Positions 1 through 14,660 are shown, numbered from the stretch's first letter. The stretch: DNA of 49,308 nucleotides from Chiloscyllium plagiosum (GCF_004010195.1 NW_025215155.1:1-49308); one strand, 5' to 3'. Notes: a model not told the origin generated them from the sequence alone. A program made the numbers and translations.

Positions 1-32
1 GNNNNNNNNNNNNNNNNNNNNNNNNNNNNNNN

Positions 33-3000
33 ACACGCAGGGGAGTTATGGGACCATTCCCAGTCACACTCTGGGGGGTTTTAGGGCCATTCCCTGTCAC
101 ACGCTGGGGGGTTTTAGGGCCATTCCCAGTCACACCCTGGGGAGTTATGGGACCATTCCCAGTCACACGCTGGGGAGTTATGGTACCATTCCGAGTCACA
201 TGCTGGGTGGTTATGGGGCCATTCCCAGTCACACACTGGGGAGTATGGGGCTGCTCCCAGTCACACGCTGGGATGTTATGGGACCATTCCCAGTCACATG
301 CTGGGGGGTTATGGGGCCATTCCCAGTCACACCCTGGGGGGTTATGGGGCTGCTCCCAGTCACACGCTGGGGGGTTATGGGACCATTCCCAGTCACACCC
401 TGGGGAGTTATGGGGCTGCTCCCAGTCACATGCTGGGGAGTTATGGGTCCATTCCCAGTCACATGCTTCGAGGTTATGGGACCGTTCCCAGTAACATGTT
501 TGGGGATTATGGGGCAATTCCCACTCACACCCTGGGGGTTATAGGGCCATTCCCAGTCACACCCTGGGGAGTTATGGATCCATTCCCAGTCACACCCTGT
601 GGAGTTATGGGGCCATTCGCAGTCACACGCTGGGGAGTTATGGGACCATTCCCAGTCACATGCTTGGGAGTTATGGGGCCATTCCCAGTCACACCCTGGG
701 GTGTTATGGGACTGTTCCCAGTCACATGCTGGGGCGTTATGGGCTGCTCCCAGTCACACGCTGGGGAGTAATGGAACTATTCCCAGTCACATGCTGAGGG
801 CATATGGGGCCATTCCCAGTCACACCCTGTGGAGTTATGGATCCATTCCCAGTCACACCCTGTAGAGTTATGGCACCATTCCCAGTCACATGCGGTGGGT
901 TATGGGGCCACTCCCAGTCACATCCTGGGGGGTTATGGGGCCATTCCCAGTCACACCCTGGTGGGTTATGGGATTGTTCCCAGTCACATGCTGGGGCGTA
1001 TGGGGCTGCTCCCACTCACACGCTGGGGAGTTATGGTACCATTCCGAGTCACATGCTGGGCGTTATGGGGCCATAACCAGTCACACCCTGGGGTGTTATG
1101 GGACCATTCCCACTCACATGCTGGGGGGCTATGGGGCCATTCCCAGTCACACGCTGGGGCGTTTTGGGACCATTCCCACTCACATGCTGGGGGTTTATAG
1201 GACCATTCTCAGTCACACCCTGGTGAGTTATGGGGCAGCTCCCAATCACACGCTGGGGAGTTATGGGACCATTCCCAGTCACACGCTGGAGGATTTTGGG
1301 GCCATTCCCAGTCACACCCTGGGGGGTAATGGGGCCATTCCCAGTCACAGCCTGGGGAGTTATGGGGTCATTCCCAGTCACACCCTGGGGTGTTATGGGA
1401 CCGTTCCCAGTCACATGCTTGGGGGTTATGGGGCTGTTCCCAGTCACATGCTGGGGGGTAATGGGGCCATTCCCAGTCACACTCTGGGGAGTTATGGGAC
1501 CGTTCCCAGTCACATGCTGGGGTGTTATGCGGCTGCTCCCAGTCACAGGCTGGGGGGTTATGGGACTGCTCCCAGTCACATGCTGGAGGTTATGAGGCCA
1601 TTCCCAGTCACACCCTGGGGGGTTATGGGGCCATTCCCAGTCACATGCTGGGGAGTTATGGGGCTGTTCCCATTCACACGCTGGGGGGTTATGGGACCAT
1701 TCCCAGTCACATTCTGGGGATTTATGGGACCATTCCCAGTCACATGCTGGGTGGTTCTAGGGCCATTCCCAGTCACACTCTGGGGCGTTATGGGACCGTT
1801 CCCAGTTGCATGCTGCGGGGTTATGGGACCATTCCCAGTCACATGCTGGGGAGTCATTGGGCTGTTCCCAGTCACATGCTGGGGGATTATGGGGCCATTC
1901 CCAGTCCCACCTTTGGGAGTTATGGGACCGTTCCCAGTCACATTCTGGGGGGGTTATGGGGCCATTCCCAGTCACGCCCTGGGGGGTTATGGGCCATTCC
2001 CAGTTGCATGCTGGGGAGTTATGGGACCATTCCCAGTCCCACCCTGGGGGGTTATGGGGCCATAACCAGTTACACTCTGGGGAAGTTATGAGACCGTTCC
2101 CAGTCACATTCTGGGGGATTATGGGGCAATTCTCAGTCACACGCTGGTGAGTTATGGGACTGTTTCCAGTCACACTCTGGAGGCTTATGGGACCATTCCC
2201 AATCACACTCAGGGGGTTATGGGACTGTTCCCAGTCACACGCTGGGGGGTTTTGGGACCGTTCCCAGTCACACGCTGGGGGGTTTTGGGTCCATTCCCAG
2301 TCACATGCTGGGGGGTAATGGGGCCATTCCCAGTCACACTCTGGGGAGTTATGGGCCCTTTCCCAGTCGCATGCTGGGGAGTTATGGGGCTGCTCCCAGT
2401 CACACGCGGGGGAGTTATGGGGCTGTTCCCAGTCACATGCTGGGTGGTTATAGGTCCATTCCCAGTCACACCCTGGGGGGTTATGGGCCCGTTCCCAGTC
2501 GCATGCTGCGTGGTTATGGGACTGTTCCCAGTCACATGCTGGGGAGTCATGGGGCTGTTCCCAGTCACATGCTGGGGGCTTATGGGGCCATTCTCAGTCA
2601 CACCCTGGGGAGTTATGGGTCCATTCCCAGTCACACGCTGAGGAGTTATGGGGCTGCTCCCAGTCACACGCTGGGGAATTATGGGACCATTCCCAGTCAC
2701 ATGCTGGGGGATTATGTGGCGATTCCCAGTCACACCCTGGGGTGTTATGGGGCTGCTCCCAGTCACACGCTGGGGAGTTATGGGTCCGTTCCCAGTGACT
2801 CGCTGGAGGGGTTATTGGGCCATTCCCAGTCACACCCTGGAGGGTTATGGGACCGTTCCCAGTCACATGCTGGGGAGTTATGGGGATGCTCCCAGTCACA
2901 CGCTGGGGAGTCAAGGGGCTGCTCCCAGTCACATGCTGGGGGTTATGGGGCCATTCCCAGTCACACCCTGGCGGGTTATGGGGCCATTCCCAGTCACATG

Positions 3001-6000
3001 CTGGGGAGTAATGGGGCTGCTCCCAGTCACACGCTGGGGAGTCATGGGGATGTTCGCAGTCACATGGTGGGTGGTTATGGGGCCATTCTAAGTTACACCC
3101 TGGGGAGTTATGGGTACATTCCCAGTCACACGCTCGGGAGTTATGGGGCTGCTCCCAGTCACACGCTGGGGAGTCATGGGGATGTTCGAAGTCACATGGT
3201 GGGGGGTTATGGGGCCATTCCCAGTCACATGCTGGGGGGTTATGGGGCTGCTCCCAGTCACAGGCTGGGGGGTTATGGGACCATTCCCAGTCATACCCTG
3301 GAGGGGTTATTGGGCCATTCCCAGTCACACCCTGGAGGGTTATGGGACCGTTCCCAGTCACATGCTGGGGAGTTATGGGGATGCTCCCAGTCACACGCTA
3401 GGGAGTCAAGGGGCTGTTCCCTGTCACATGCTCAGGAGTTATGGGCTATTCCCAGTCACACGCTGGGGAGGTATGGGACCTTTCCCAGTCATTTGCTGGT
3501 GGGTTATGGGGCCATTCCCAGTCACATGCTGGGGGGTTATGGGGCCATTCCCAGTCACATGCTGGGGAGTTATGGGACCATTCCCAGTCACTTGCTGGGG
3601 GGTTATGGGACCATTCCCAGTCACTTGCTGGGGGGTTATGGGGCCATTCCCAGTCACACGCTGGGGAGTTATGGGACCATTCCCAGTCACATGCAGGGGG
3701 TTATGGGGCCATTCCCAGCCACACCCAGGGGAGTTATGGGACCATTCCCAGTCACACTCTGGGGGTTTATGGTTCCTTTCACAGTCACACGCTGGGGAGT
3801 TATGGGCTGCTCCCAGTCACACGCTGGGGAGTCAAGGGGCTGTTCCCTGTCACATGCTCAGGAGTTATGGGCTATTCCCAGTCACACGCTGGGGAGGTAT
3901 GGGACCTTTCCCAGTCACTTGCTGGTGGGTTATGGGGCCATTCCCAGTCACATGCTGGGGGGTTATGGGGCCATTCCCAGTCACATGCTGGGGAGTTATG
4001 GGACCATTCCCAGTCACTTGCTGGGGGGTTATGGGACCATTCCCAGTCACTTGCTGGGGGTTATGGGGCCATTCCCAGCCACACCCAGGGGAGTTATGGG
4101 ACCATTCCCAGTCACACTCTGGGGGTTTATGGTTCCTTTCACAGTCACACGCTGGGGAGTTATGGGCTGCTCCCAGTCACACGCTGGCTAGTTATGGGAC
4201 CATTCGCAGTCACTTGCAAGGGGGTTATGGGGCCATTCCCAGTCACACCCTGGGGTGTTATGGGACCGTTCCCAGTCAAATGCTGGGGAGTTATGGGGCA
4301 GCTCCCAGTCACTCACTGGGGAGTTATGGGACCATTCCCAGTCACATGCTGGGGTATTATGGGGCCATTCCTAGTCACACCCTGGGGGGTTATGGGGCCA
4401 ATCCCAGTCTCACACTGGGGAGTATGGGGCTGCTCCCAGTCACACGCTGGGGAGTTATGGGACCATTCCCAGTCACATGCTGGGGGGTTATGGGGCCATT
4501 CCCAGTCACACCCTGGGGGGTTATGGGGCCATTCCCAGTCACACCCTGGGATGTTATGGGGCTATTCCCAGTCACACAGTGGGCGTTATGGGACCATTCC
4601 GAGTCACAAGCTGGGTGGTTATGGGGCAATTCCCAGTCACACCCTGGGGGGTTATGGGACCGTTCCCAGTCACATTCTGGGGGATTATGGGCAATTCTCA
4701 GTCACACGCTGGGGAGTTATGGAACCGTTTCCGGTCACACTCTGGAGGGTTATGGGACCATTCCCAATCACACGCTGGGAGGATTTGGGTCCATTCCCAG
4801 TCACATGCTGGGGGGTTATGGGGCCATTCCTAGTCACACCCTGGGGAGTTATGGGTCCATTTCCAGTCACACGCTGGGGGTTATGGGGCCATTCCCAGTC
4901 ACACCCTGGGGTGTTATGGGACCATTTCCAGTCACATGCTGGGGAGTTATGGGGCTGCTCCCAGTCACACACTGGGGAGTTATGGGACCATTCTCAGTCA
5001 CATGCTGGGGGGTTATGGGGCCATTCCCAGTCAGACCCTGGGGAGTTTTGGGGCAGTTCCCAGTCACACGCTGGGGAGCAATGGGACCATTCCCAGTCAC
5101 ATGCTGGGGAGTTATGGGGACATTCCCAGTCACACCCTGGGGAGTTATGGGGCAGCTCCCAGTCACATGCTGGGGTGTTATGGGACCGTTCCCAGTCAAA
5201 TGCTGGGGAGTTATGGGGCTGCTCCCAGTCACATGCTGGGGAGTTATTGGACCATTCGCAGTCAAATGCTGGGGGGTTATGGGGCCATTCCCAGTCACAT
5301 CCTGGGGAGTTATGGGGCAGCTCCCAGTCACACGCTGGGAAGTTATGGGACCATTCCCAGTCACATGCTGGGGGGTTATGGGGCCATTCCCAGTCACACC
5401 CTGGGGAGATATGGGATCATTCCCAGTCACACACTAGGGAGTATGGGGCTGCTCCCAGTCACACGCTGGGGAGTTATGGGACCATTCCCAGTCACATGCT
5501 GGGGGGTTATGGGGCCATTCCCAGTCACACCCTGGGAGGTTATGGGACCGTTCCCAGTCACATGCTGGGGTGTTATGCGGCTGCTCCCAGTCACACGCTG
5601 GGTGGTATGGGGCTGCTCCCAGTCACATGCTGGGGGTTATGGGGCCATTCCCAGTCACACCCTGGCGGGTTATGGGGCCATTCCCAGTCACATGCTGGGG
5701 AGTAATGGGGCTGCTCCCATTCACACGCTGGGGGGTTATGGGACCATTCCCAGTCACATGCTGGGGATTTATGAGACCATTCCCAGTCACATGCTGGGGG
5801 GTTTTAGGGCCATTCCCAGTCACACTCTGGGGGGTTATGGGACCGTTCCCAGTTGCATGCTGGGGTGTTATGGGACCTTTCTCAGTCACATGCTGGGGAG
5901 ACATGGGGCTGTTCCCAGTCACATGCTGGGGGGTATGGAGCCATTCCCATTCACACCCTGGGGAGTTATGGGACCGTTCCCAGTCACATTCTGTGGGGTT

Positions 6001-8685
6001 ATGGGGTCATTCCCAGTCACACCCTGGGGGGCTATGGAGCCATTCCCAGTCACACCCTGGGGAGTTCCCGGACCGTTCCCAGTCACATTCTGGGGGCTTA
6101 TGGGGCCATTCCCAGTCACACCCTGGGGGGTTATGGGACCGTTCCCAGTCGCATGCTGGGGAGTTATGGGACCATTCCCAGTCACATGCTGTGGGGTTAT
6201 AGGTCCATTCCCAGTCACCCCCTGGGGAGTTATGGGCCCATTCCCATTCGCATGCTGCGTGGTTTTGGGATTGTTCCCAGTCACGTGCTGGGGAGTCATG
6301 GGGCTGTTTCCAGTCACATGCTGGGGGCTTATGGGGCCATTCCCAGTCACACCTGGGGTGTTATGGGGATGCTGCCCGTCACACGCTGAGGAGTTATGGG
6401 ACCATTCCCAGTCAAATGCTGGGGGGTTATGGGGCCATTCCCAGTCACTCCCTGGGGAGTTAATGGGCTGCCCGCAGTCACATGCTGGGGAGTTATGGGA
6501 CCATTCCCAGTCACACGCTGGGGGATTATGGGGCGATTCCCAGTCACACCCTGGGGTGTTATGGGGCTGCTCCCAGTCACATGCTGAGGAGGTATGGGAC
6601 CAGTCCCAGTCACACGCTGGGGAGTTATGGGACCATTCCCAGTCACATGCTGGGGAGTTATGGGGCCATTCCCAGTCACACCCTGGGGGATTATGGGACC
6701 GTTCCCAGTCACATGCTGGGGCGTTATGGGCTGCTCCCAGTCACACGCTGGGGAGTCATGGGGCTGCTCCCAGTCACACTCTGAGGGAGTTATGGGATCA
6801 TTCCCAGTCACACTCTGGGGGTTATGGGACCGTTCCCAGTCACACACTGGGGGGTTTTCAGACCATTCCCTGTCACATGCTGGGGTTTATAGGGCCACTC
6901 CCAGTCACTCCCTGGGGAGTTATGGGACCATTACCAGTCACATGCTGGGGAGTCATGGGGCTGTTCCCAGTCACATGCTGGGGGTTATGGGGCCATTCCA
7001 AGTTACACCCTGGGGAGTTATGGGTCCATTCCCAGTCACACGCTGGCGAGTTATGGGACCATTCCCAGTCACATGCTGGGGAGTTATGGGCTATTCCCAG
7101 TCACATGCTGGGGAGTTATGGGGCTACTCCCAGTCACACGCTGGGGAGTTATGGGGCCATTCCCAGTCACACCCTGGGGATTTTGGGGCTATTCCCAGTC
7201 ACACCCTGGGCGACTATGGGACCGTTCCCAGTCACATGCTGGGAAGTTATGGGGCTGCTCCCAGTCACACGCTGGGGAGTTATGGGACCATTCCCAGTCA
7301 CATGCTGAGGGGTTATGGGGCCATTCCCAGTCACACTCTGGGGGGTTATGGGCCATTCCCAGTCACTCCCTGGGGAGTTAATGGGTCCATTCCCAGTCAC
7401 ACGCTGGCGAGTTATGGGACCATTCCCAGTCACATGCTGGGGAGTTATGGGCTATTCCCAGTCACATGCTGGGGAGTTATGGGGCTACTCCCAGCCACAT
7501 GCTGGGGAGTTATGGGGCTACTCCCAGTCACATGCTGGGGAGTTATGGGGCTACTCCCAGTCACATGCTGGGGAGTTATGGGGCTACTCCCAGTCACATG
7601 CTGGGGAGTTATGGGGCTACTCCCAGTCACATGCTGGGGAGTTATGGGGCTACTCCCAGTCACATGCTGGGGAGTTATGGGGCTACTCCCAGTCACATGC
7701 TGGGGAGTTATGGGGCTACTCCCAGTCACATGCGGGGAGTTATGGGCTATTCCCAGTCACATGCTGGGGAGTTATGGGGCTACTCCCAGTCACACGCTGG
7801 GGAGTTATGGGACCATTCCCAGTCACATGCTGAGGAGTTATGGGGCCATTCCCAGTCACACCCTGGGGAGTTATGGGACTGTTCCCAGTCACATGCTGGG
7901 GCGTTATGGGCTGCTCCCAGTCACACGCTGGGGAGTCATGGGCTGCTCCCAGTCACACGCTGGGGAGTCATCGGGCTGCTCCCAGTCACACTCTGAGGGA
8001 GTTATGGGTCCGTTCACAGCCAAACTCTGGGTTAGTTATGGGTCCGTTCCCAGTCACATGCTGGGGGGGTTATGGGGCCATTCCCAGTCACACACTGCGG
8101 AGTTATGGGACCGTTCCCAGTCACACTCTGGGGGGTTATGGGATCATTCCCAGTCACACTCTGGGGGTTATGGGACCGTTCCCAGTCACACACTGGGGGG
8201 TTTTCAGACCATTCCCTGTCACATGCTGGGGTTTATGGGGCCACTCCCAGTCACTCCCTGGGGTGTTATGGGACCATTACCAGTCACATGCTGGGGAGTC
8301 ATGGGGCTGTTCCCAGTCACATGCTGGGGGTTATGGGGCCATTCCAAGTTACACCCTGGGGAGTTTTGGGTCCATTCCCAGTCACACGCTGGCGAGTTAT
8401 GGGACCATTCCCAGTCACATGCTGGGGAGTTATGGGGCTGCTCCCAGTCACACGCTGGGGAGTTATGCGGCCATTCCCAGTCACATTTGGGGGTTTTGGG
8501 GCTATTCCCAGTCACACCCTGGGCGACTATGGGACCGTTCCCAGTCACATGCTGGGAAGTTATGGGACCATTCCCAGTCACATGCTGAGGGGTTATGGGG
8601 CCATTCCCAGTCACACTCTGGGGGGTTATGGGGCCATTCCCAGTCACACGCTGGGGAACCATGGGACCATTCCCAGTCACATGCT
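33..8685. repeat. 33-bp minisatellite (VNTR), roughly 260 variant units, consensus CCCAGTCACA(T/C)GCTGGGGAGTTATGGG(G/A)CCATT
   Basis: Tandem periodicity is read directly. Translations repeat every 11 aa (MGPFPVTCWGV, PSHTLGGYGAI, VTGNGPITPQH), and frequent 32/34-bp units shift frame. Confidence 0.98.
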
Positions 8686-9289
8686 TCAGAAGCATACCTT
8701 TATTATTTGGTTAATTTGCTGTTCTTTATTTCTAGGTGATAATGAATGTGTTGTGGTTTAATTATAATGTTATAATGTCACTGAACCTAGATTTCACAAT
8801 CAACTCTTCCCCAGTCTGACTTGTGTGGAGGAAGCGATAGAGGAGGTTGTTGTAAGCGTTTTATGCATGTATACCTAAAAAGACTAGTTTTCCATAGCAT
8901 CTATTGGTTACATTTTTCCATTACTCACCTCTCTCCCCCAGTTCACCTGCACGTCACAGAAATGGAACATAGAATGGTTACAGCTGAAAGAAGCAATCAA
9001 TTTGGCTCCTCGTCTCAAGAATCTTGCACAGATATTGAGGTAGAACCTTTCAATCATACTGGAAATATGGTCATTCAGTGCATCATTTCTCTCCCAGCTT
9101 TTTGCAATCATAGCAAATATAAACCAACAACACAATGTCCATAAGTCTTTTGTCTTCCTCTGTTTAAAATATTTATCAAATTTCCCTTAAAGATGCCTGT
9201 GTCTATTTTAATGGCAATCAGAATATTTCTTTTTACACTCTATTAAAGTCTTTCTTTGCTAAATCTTCTCTCAGGATTTCCATCTTGAA

Positions 9290-9655
9290 TTAATCTGGTA
9301 CAGGTACACCCACAATGTGGTTAGGTTATAAATTCCAGATTTTAGACTCACTGAAAGTGAGGTTTTGAAGAAAGGATGGTGAGGGGCTTAAGGGGAATAT
9401 ATAGAGGATGATGTTCCCATGTGTCTTCTGTCCTTGTCCTTTTCCTTCAAGATGGTAAAGGGTCTAGGTTTCAACGTTACTGCTGAAAGAATGTAAGTTG
9501 CTCTGTTGTATCTTGTCGATAGCATACACCTTTGGCACTATATGCTGCTGATTGAGGGAATGAATGTTTAAGATTATGGATTGGGTGCCAGTTGAATTAG
9601 TTGCTTTGTTCTGGAAGGTGTGGGGCTTCTTGAGTTTTGTAGGAGTTGTACTCAT
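9290..9655 (-). mobile_element. Old CR1-superfamily (Zenon/Crack-like) LINE fragment
   Basis: Reverse complement resembles the 37150-37760 element; heavily decayed. Confidence 0.5.
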
Positions 9656-11620
9656 TGCATTTTTGTAATAGCGGGCATAAATGTGTGCATATAAAGTACA
9701 TAAACATATTACTATCAATTCAATTGGAATTGCCAATAGATATGAAAAAAATTAAACTGAAAATCTTTCAAGAGGAACTACCAGAGGATGTTGTTAAGCT
9801 GTCAAGGCATTTAAAATTTTTGCTTTTAAAATCTATGTAGAAAATGCCTAAAGTATTAAAAACCTGTCTACTATTTTGCAATTAAAATTGTTAGCTCTTT
9901 CATTATGTCTGTTGACATAGGTTTCGGGATTTCCATTATAAAATTACTGCTGCATGACTGATTCTACAACTGTATTGTTATCATAGACAGATGCCATATT
10001 GCACAGTATGATTGACAGCTACAAGTGGTTATAGATTCTTGACATGGGACTATAAATGCATCGCATGTTGATATAAGGGATTCCACACTGAAATGAAATG
10101 TTTATTTTTATACAGCTTTGTTTATTTGAAGGAATGTAATTGTGGTAAATGCATTTTTATGAAGGAGTTTTTTTCAATAAGCACTTAGAATATTTAATAC
10201 AACTTAGATCTGGGTTCAGAGATCTGCCCTTGGTGACTACTGGATAAATGAGGGCAAAGGACTTTGGATGGAGAGGCTGCAATTTCATGAATTGGCACTA
10301 AGTTTACACAAGAGCAATAAAGGACTATGGGGAGAGGGGGGTTGAATAATGAGAAGAGAGACATAGACTGATATGAAGGGTGTGTGAGTGGAGACAAGGC
10401 AAGATGTGACATGGGTTGGCATTGATGCAGTATGGGGAGCAGTGGGATGAAGCTTGAAGGAATATTAAGTATTTTTGTATTTATTTTCAGATTTTGGACT
10501 CAATGTCAGATCGTTAAGACCCAGCTTTACACTTGGTAACCTTTAAGGTGTTCAATAGTTGCTTGCCTTGATTTATAATCCAGCCCACATCCCCCAGACA
10601 GAAAATTTGAATTCGAAGTATCAATATTTTAGGGCCCAGGTTCACAGTATGGAAAATTCATCCATCTTCTGTGCACCTGATCAAGGAGAGAAGAGTTAGG
10701 TCAAATCCTTACAGAAGAGATTATCATGCCATTGGTCTACAGAGTCACACATTATTTGTGCCACTATGATGGTCAGTAGGCCCAGAATTACTTCTAATCG
10801 GGTTCCTAAAGTGGGCTTTAAATTTTGAGGTTCTCTGTTGCTGGTGAGCTTAGGCAGACAACTGACGCAGATTAAGAGTCCATGCTTTACCTTATTCCAA
10901 TATGACTCTTGGTCCTATAGGTTAATTGATGAAGAAATGATGCATGAACGGACATTATATTTCCTTGTACACAAAAGACTGAGGGATGATCTGATGGAGA
11001 TGTTTAAAATGTTGCAACAATTTGATGGAAAAGGCATCAAGAGATTATTTTCTCTCGGGCTAATAGAGTCATAGAGTTATGCACATGGAAACATACCCTT
11101 TGATCCAACTCGTCCACACCAACCAGATATTCTAAATAAATATAGTCCCATTTGTCAGCACTTGGCCCATATCCCTCTAAACTCTTCCTATATATATACC
11201 CAACCAGATGCTTTTTAAATGTTGTAATTGTACCACACCCCACCACTTTCTCTGGCAGCTCATTTCATAAATGCTCCACATTCTGCATGAAAACGTTGCC
11301 CATTAGGTTCCTTTTAGAACTTTCCCCTCTCACCTTAAACCAATGCCGTCTACTTTTAGACTCCCCCACCTTCTTCCCTATTCACCCTGTCCATGCCTCT
11401 CATGGTTTTATAAACCTCTATAAGGTCACCCCTCAGCATCCAACGTTTCAGGGAAAATAGCCACAATCTATTCAGCCTCTCCCTATAACTCAAATCCTCC
11501 AACCCTGGCAACATCCTTGTAAAATTTTTCTGAACCCTTTCAAGTTTCACAACATTCTGCCTATAGCAGGGAGATCAAAATTGTATGCAATATTCCAATA
11601 CTGGCCTAACCAATGTCCTA

Positions 11621-12815
11621 GACTTTTTGAGTTCTTTGAGAAGGTGAACAAATAGGTGGATGAGGTAAAGCGGTTGATGTGACTTATATGGATTTTAGTA
11701 AAGTGTTTGATAAGGTTCCCCTCAATAGGCTATTGCACAAAATGTAGAGTTATGGAATTGAGGGTGATTTAGCGGTTTGGATCAGAAATTGGCTAGCTGA
11801 AAGAAGACAGAGGGTAGTGGTTGATGGGAAATGTTCATCCTGGAGTTCAGTTACCAGTGGTGTACTGTAAGACTCTGTTTTGGGGGCACTGCTGTTTGTC
11901 ATATTTATAAATGACCTGGATGAGGGCATAGAAGGATGCCTTAGTAAATTCGATGGCGTTGTGGACAGTGCGGAAGGATGTTGCAGGTTACAGAAGGACA
12001 TAGATAAGCTGCAGAGCTGGGCTGAGAGGTGGCAAATGGAGTTTAATGCGGAAGTGTGAAGTGATTCACTTTGGAAGGAGTAACAGGAATGCAGAGTACT
12101 GGACTAATAGTAAGATTCTTGACAGTGTACATGAGCAGAGAGATCTTGGTGTCCATGTGCATAGATGCCTGAAAGTTGCCACCCAGGTTGATAGGGTTGT
12201 CAAGCAGGCATATGGTGTGTTAACTTTTATTGGTAGATGGATTGAGTTTCAGAGCTATGAGATCATGTTGCAGCTGTACAAAACTCTGGTATGGCCACAC
12301 TTGGAGTATTGTGTACAGCTCTGGTCACCATATTGTAGAAAGGATGTGGCATCTTTGGAAAGGGTTCACAGGAGGTTTACCAGGATGGTATCAAGGGAAG
12401 GTCTTATGAGCAAAGACTGAGGGACTTGAGGCTGTTTTCGTGAGAGAGAAGGATGTTAAGAGTGACTTAATAGAGACATACAAAATGATCAGTATATTAG
12501 ATGGGGTGGACAGTGAGAGCCTTTTTCCTCAGATGGTGATGATTTGCACGAGGGGACATAGCTTTAAACTGAAGGGTGATAGGTATAGGACAGATGTCAG
12601 AGGTAGATTCTTTACTCAGAGAGTAGTAAGGACATGGAACGCTCTGCCTGCAACAGTAGTAGATTCGCCAACTTTAAGAGCATTTAAATGGTCATTGGAT
12701 AAATATATGGATGATAATGGAATAGTGTAGGTTAGATGGGCTGGAGGTCAGTTTCACAGGTAGGTGCAATGTCGAGGGCCAAAGGGCCTGCACTGCACTG
12801 TGTTGTTCAATGTTC
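11621..12815 (+). mobile_element. 5'-truncated CR1 LINE inserted into the minus-strand CR1
   Basis: KCEVIHFGRSN, LYKTLVWPHLEYCVQLWSP, RFFTQRVV; ends in a TGTTC-type tail. The host CR1 resumes at about 12820. Confidence 0.92.
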
Positions 12816-12985
12816 TTTAACAGTGCAGCATGACCTTCAGCTCCTATACTCATTGCACTGACCAATAAAGGTAATCATACCAAACACCACCTTCACTATC
12901 CTATCTAGCTGCCACTTCACTTTCAAGGAACCATGAACCTGCAGTCCAATGTTCAGCAACTCTCCTCAGAACCTTGCCATTAAGT

Positions 12986-13552
12986 TGTTATGGACTAGGC
13001 CAGACTCTCTCAAAAAAGTAGCCTGGACCTAATTTTTTCTAGTTGTTTTAAGCAGGTGTACAGTGTATTTTCCAGGAGTGATGCAGCTGGCCCAACCACT
13101 TAGTTTCAAACAAAAGAGAATTTATTTACAAGATTACTGAATGCATTTAACTTAACCTATCCAAAAACCCAACAGCCTATCCCAACTTAATGATGCTATT
13201 CCAAATTTCTGTAACAGTTCCCATAACCCCCTTGGCAAAAAAAGATAAAATCAAACACTGGGCCTTACAGGAGAGAGAGATGGCAGAGAGATACAGCATG
13301 GAACACCTTCTTCCATATAGCTGTTTCTTTGACCAACAACCTCAAAATCTGACTGCTTGATAAAACCAAACCAAACCAGAAAAAAGTTGAGCTGGGAAAA
13401 CTGGCCACTTCCCTTTCATTATCCAAGTTTTTTTAAAACTGAAAAGCTTCTTCAAATCAATAAATGCATACATTTCAGAACCTGTATCTTTACAACCCTT
13501 CTGAAAAAAAACAAGGACAACCAAACCTTGTTCAAGTAGTACCATCATCTCA
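12986..13552 (-). mobile_element. Solo LTR of the Gypsy/Gmr1-like family
   Basis: TG...CA termini; 4-bp TSD AAGT at 12982-12985 and 13553-13556; reverse complement aligns by eye at both ends with the LTR at 21536-22131. Confidence 0.9.
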
Positions 13553-14511
13553 AAGTATACTAGCTCTGATTTGCCTTTCCAAAATGCAGCACCTCACATT
13601 TATCTAAATTAAACTCCATCTGCCACTCCTCGGCACATTGACCCACTTGATCAAGATCCTGTTGTAATCTGAGATAACCTTCTTGGCTGTCCACTACACT
13701 TCCAATTTTGGTGTCATTTGCAAACTTACTAATCATACCTTCTTTGTTCACATGCAAATCATTTATACAAATAACAAAAAACAGTGGATCTAGCACCGAT
13801 CTTTGTGGTCACAGGCCTCCAGTCTGAAAAACAACTCTCCACCAACATCCTCTGTGTTCCAGCTTTGAGCCAGTTCTGTGATGTAACCTTGCTAATCAGT
13901 CTATCACGAGGTAGCTTATCGAATGCATTACTGAAGTTCATATAGATCACATCCACATCTCTGCCCTATCAGTCCTCTTTGTTCTTTTTTCAAAAAACTC
14001 AATCAAGTTTGTGAGAAATGATTTCCCATGCACAAAGTCATGTTGACTATCCCTAATCAGTCCTTGCCTATCCAAATACGTGTAAATTCTGTCCCTCAGG
14101 ATTCTCCCCGACAACTTGCCCACCTCTGATGTCAGGCTCACCGGTCTTTAGTTCCCTCACTTTTCCTTACCACCTTTTAAAACACAGGCACTACATTAGT
14201 AAACCTCCAGTGTTCTGGCACCTCACTCGTGGGTGTCAAATTGGAAGAGACCTCAAAACCACTCCCTGGCTTCCCATCGAGGTTGAGGGTACACCTGATC
14301 GGATCCCAAGGATTTATCCAAATTTATGTATTTTAAGACATTCAGCACCTCCTCTATCATATGGAAATTTTTTGAAGTGTTACTATTTATTTCCACATGT
14401 TCTCTATCTTTCATATCCTTCTACACAACAAACACTGATGCAAAATTCTCAGTTAATAACTTGACCATCTCCTGCGGTTCCACACAGAGGTGGCCTTGCT
14501 GATCTTTAAGG

Positions 14512-14660
14512 AGAGAAAGTGAGGACTGCTGGAGATCAGAGTTGAAAAGTGTGGTGCTGGAAAAGCACAGCCAGTCAGGCAGCATCTGAGAGCAGAAGAG
14601 TCAACCTTTCGAGAAGAACTCATACTTGAAACATCGACTCTCCTGCCCCTGAAATGCTGC
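14512..14660. mobile_element. Short palindromic Penelope-derived element
   Basis: Flanked by the 13-bp direct repeat CTGATCTTTAAGG (14499-14511, 14661-14673); internal inverted repeat; same family as 16974-17117. Confidence 0.7.

Noticed and set aside
33..8685. CRISPR-like regular ~33-bp periodicity with a palindromic core
   Set aside because: Units are directly adjacent with no unique spacers, there are no cas genes, and the context is vertebrate.
48..8761. Long ORFs (up to 790 aa) of Gly/Tyr/Pro-rich repeats resembling a structural protein
   Set aside because: The 33-bp unit is stop-free in all three + frames, so long ORFs arise automatically. Frequent 1-bp indels switch peptide frame, and there is no unique N- or C-terminal domain.
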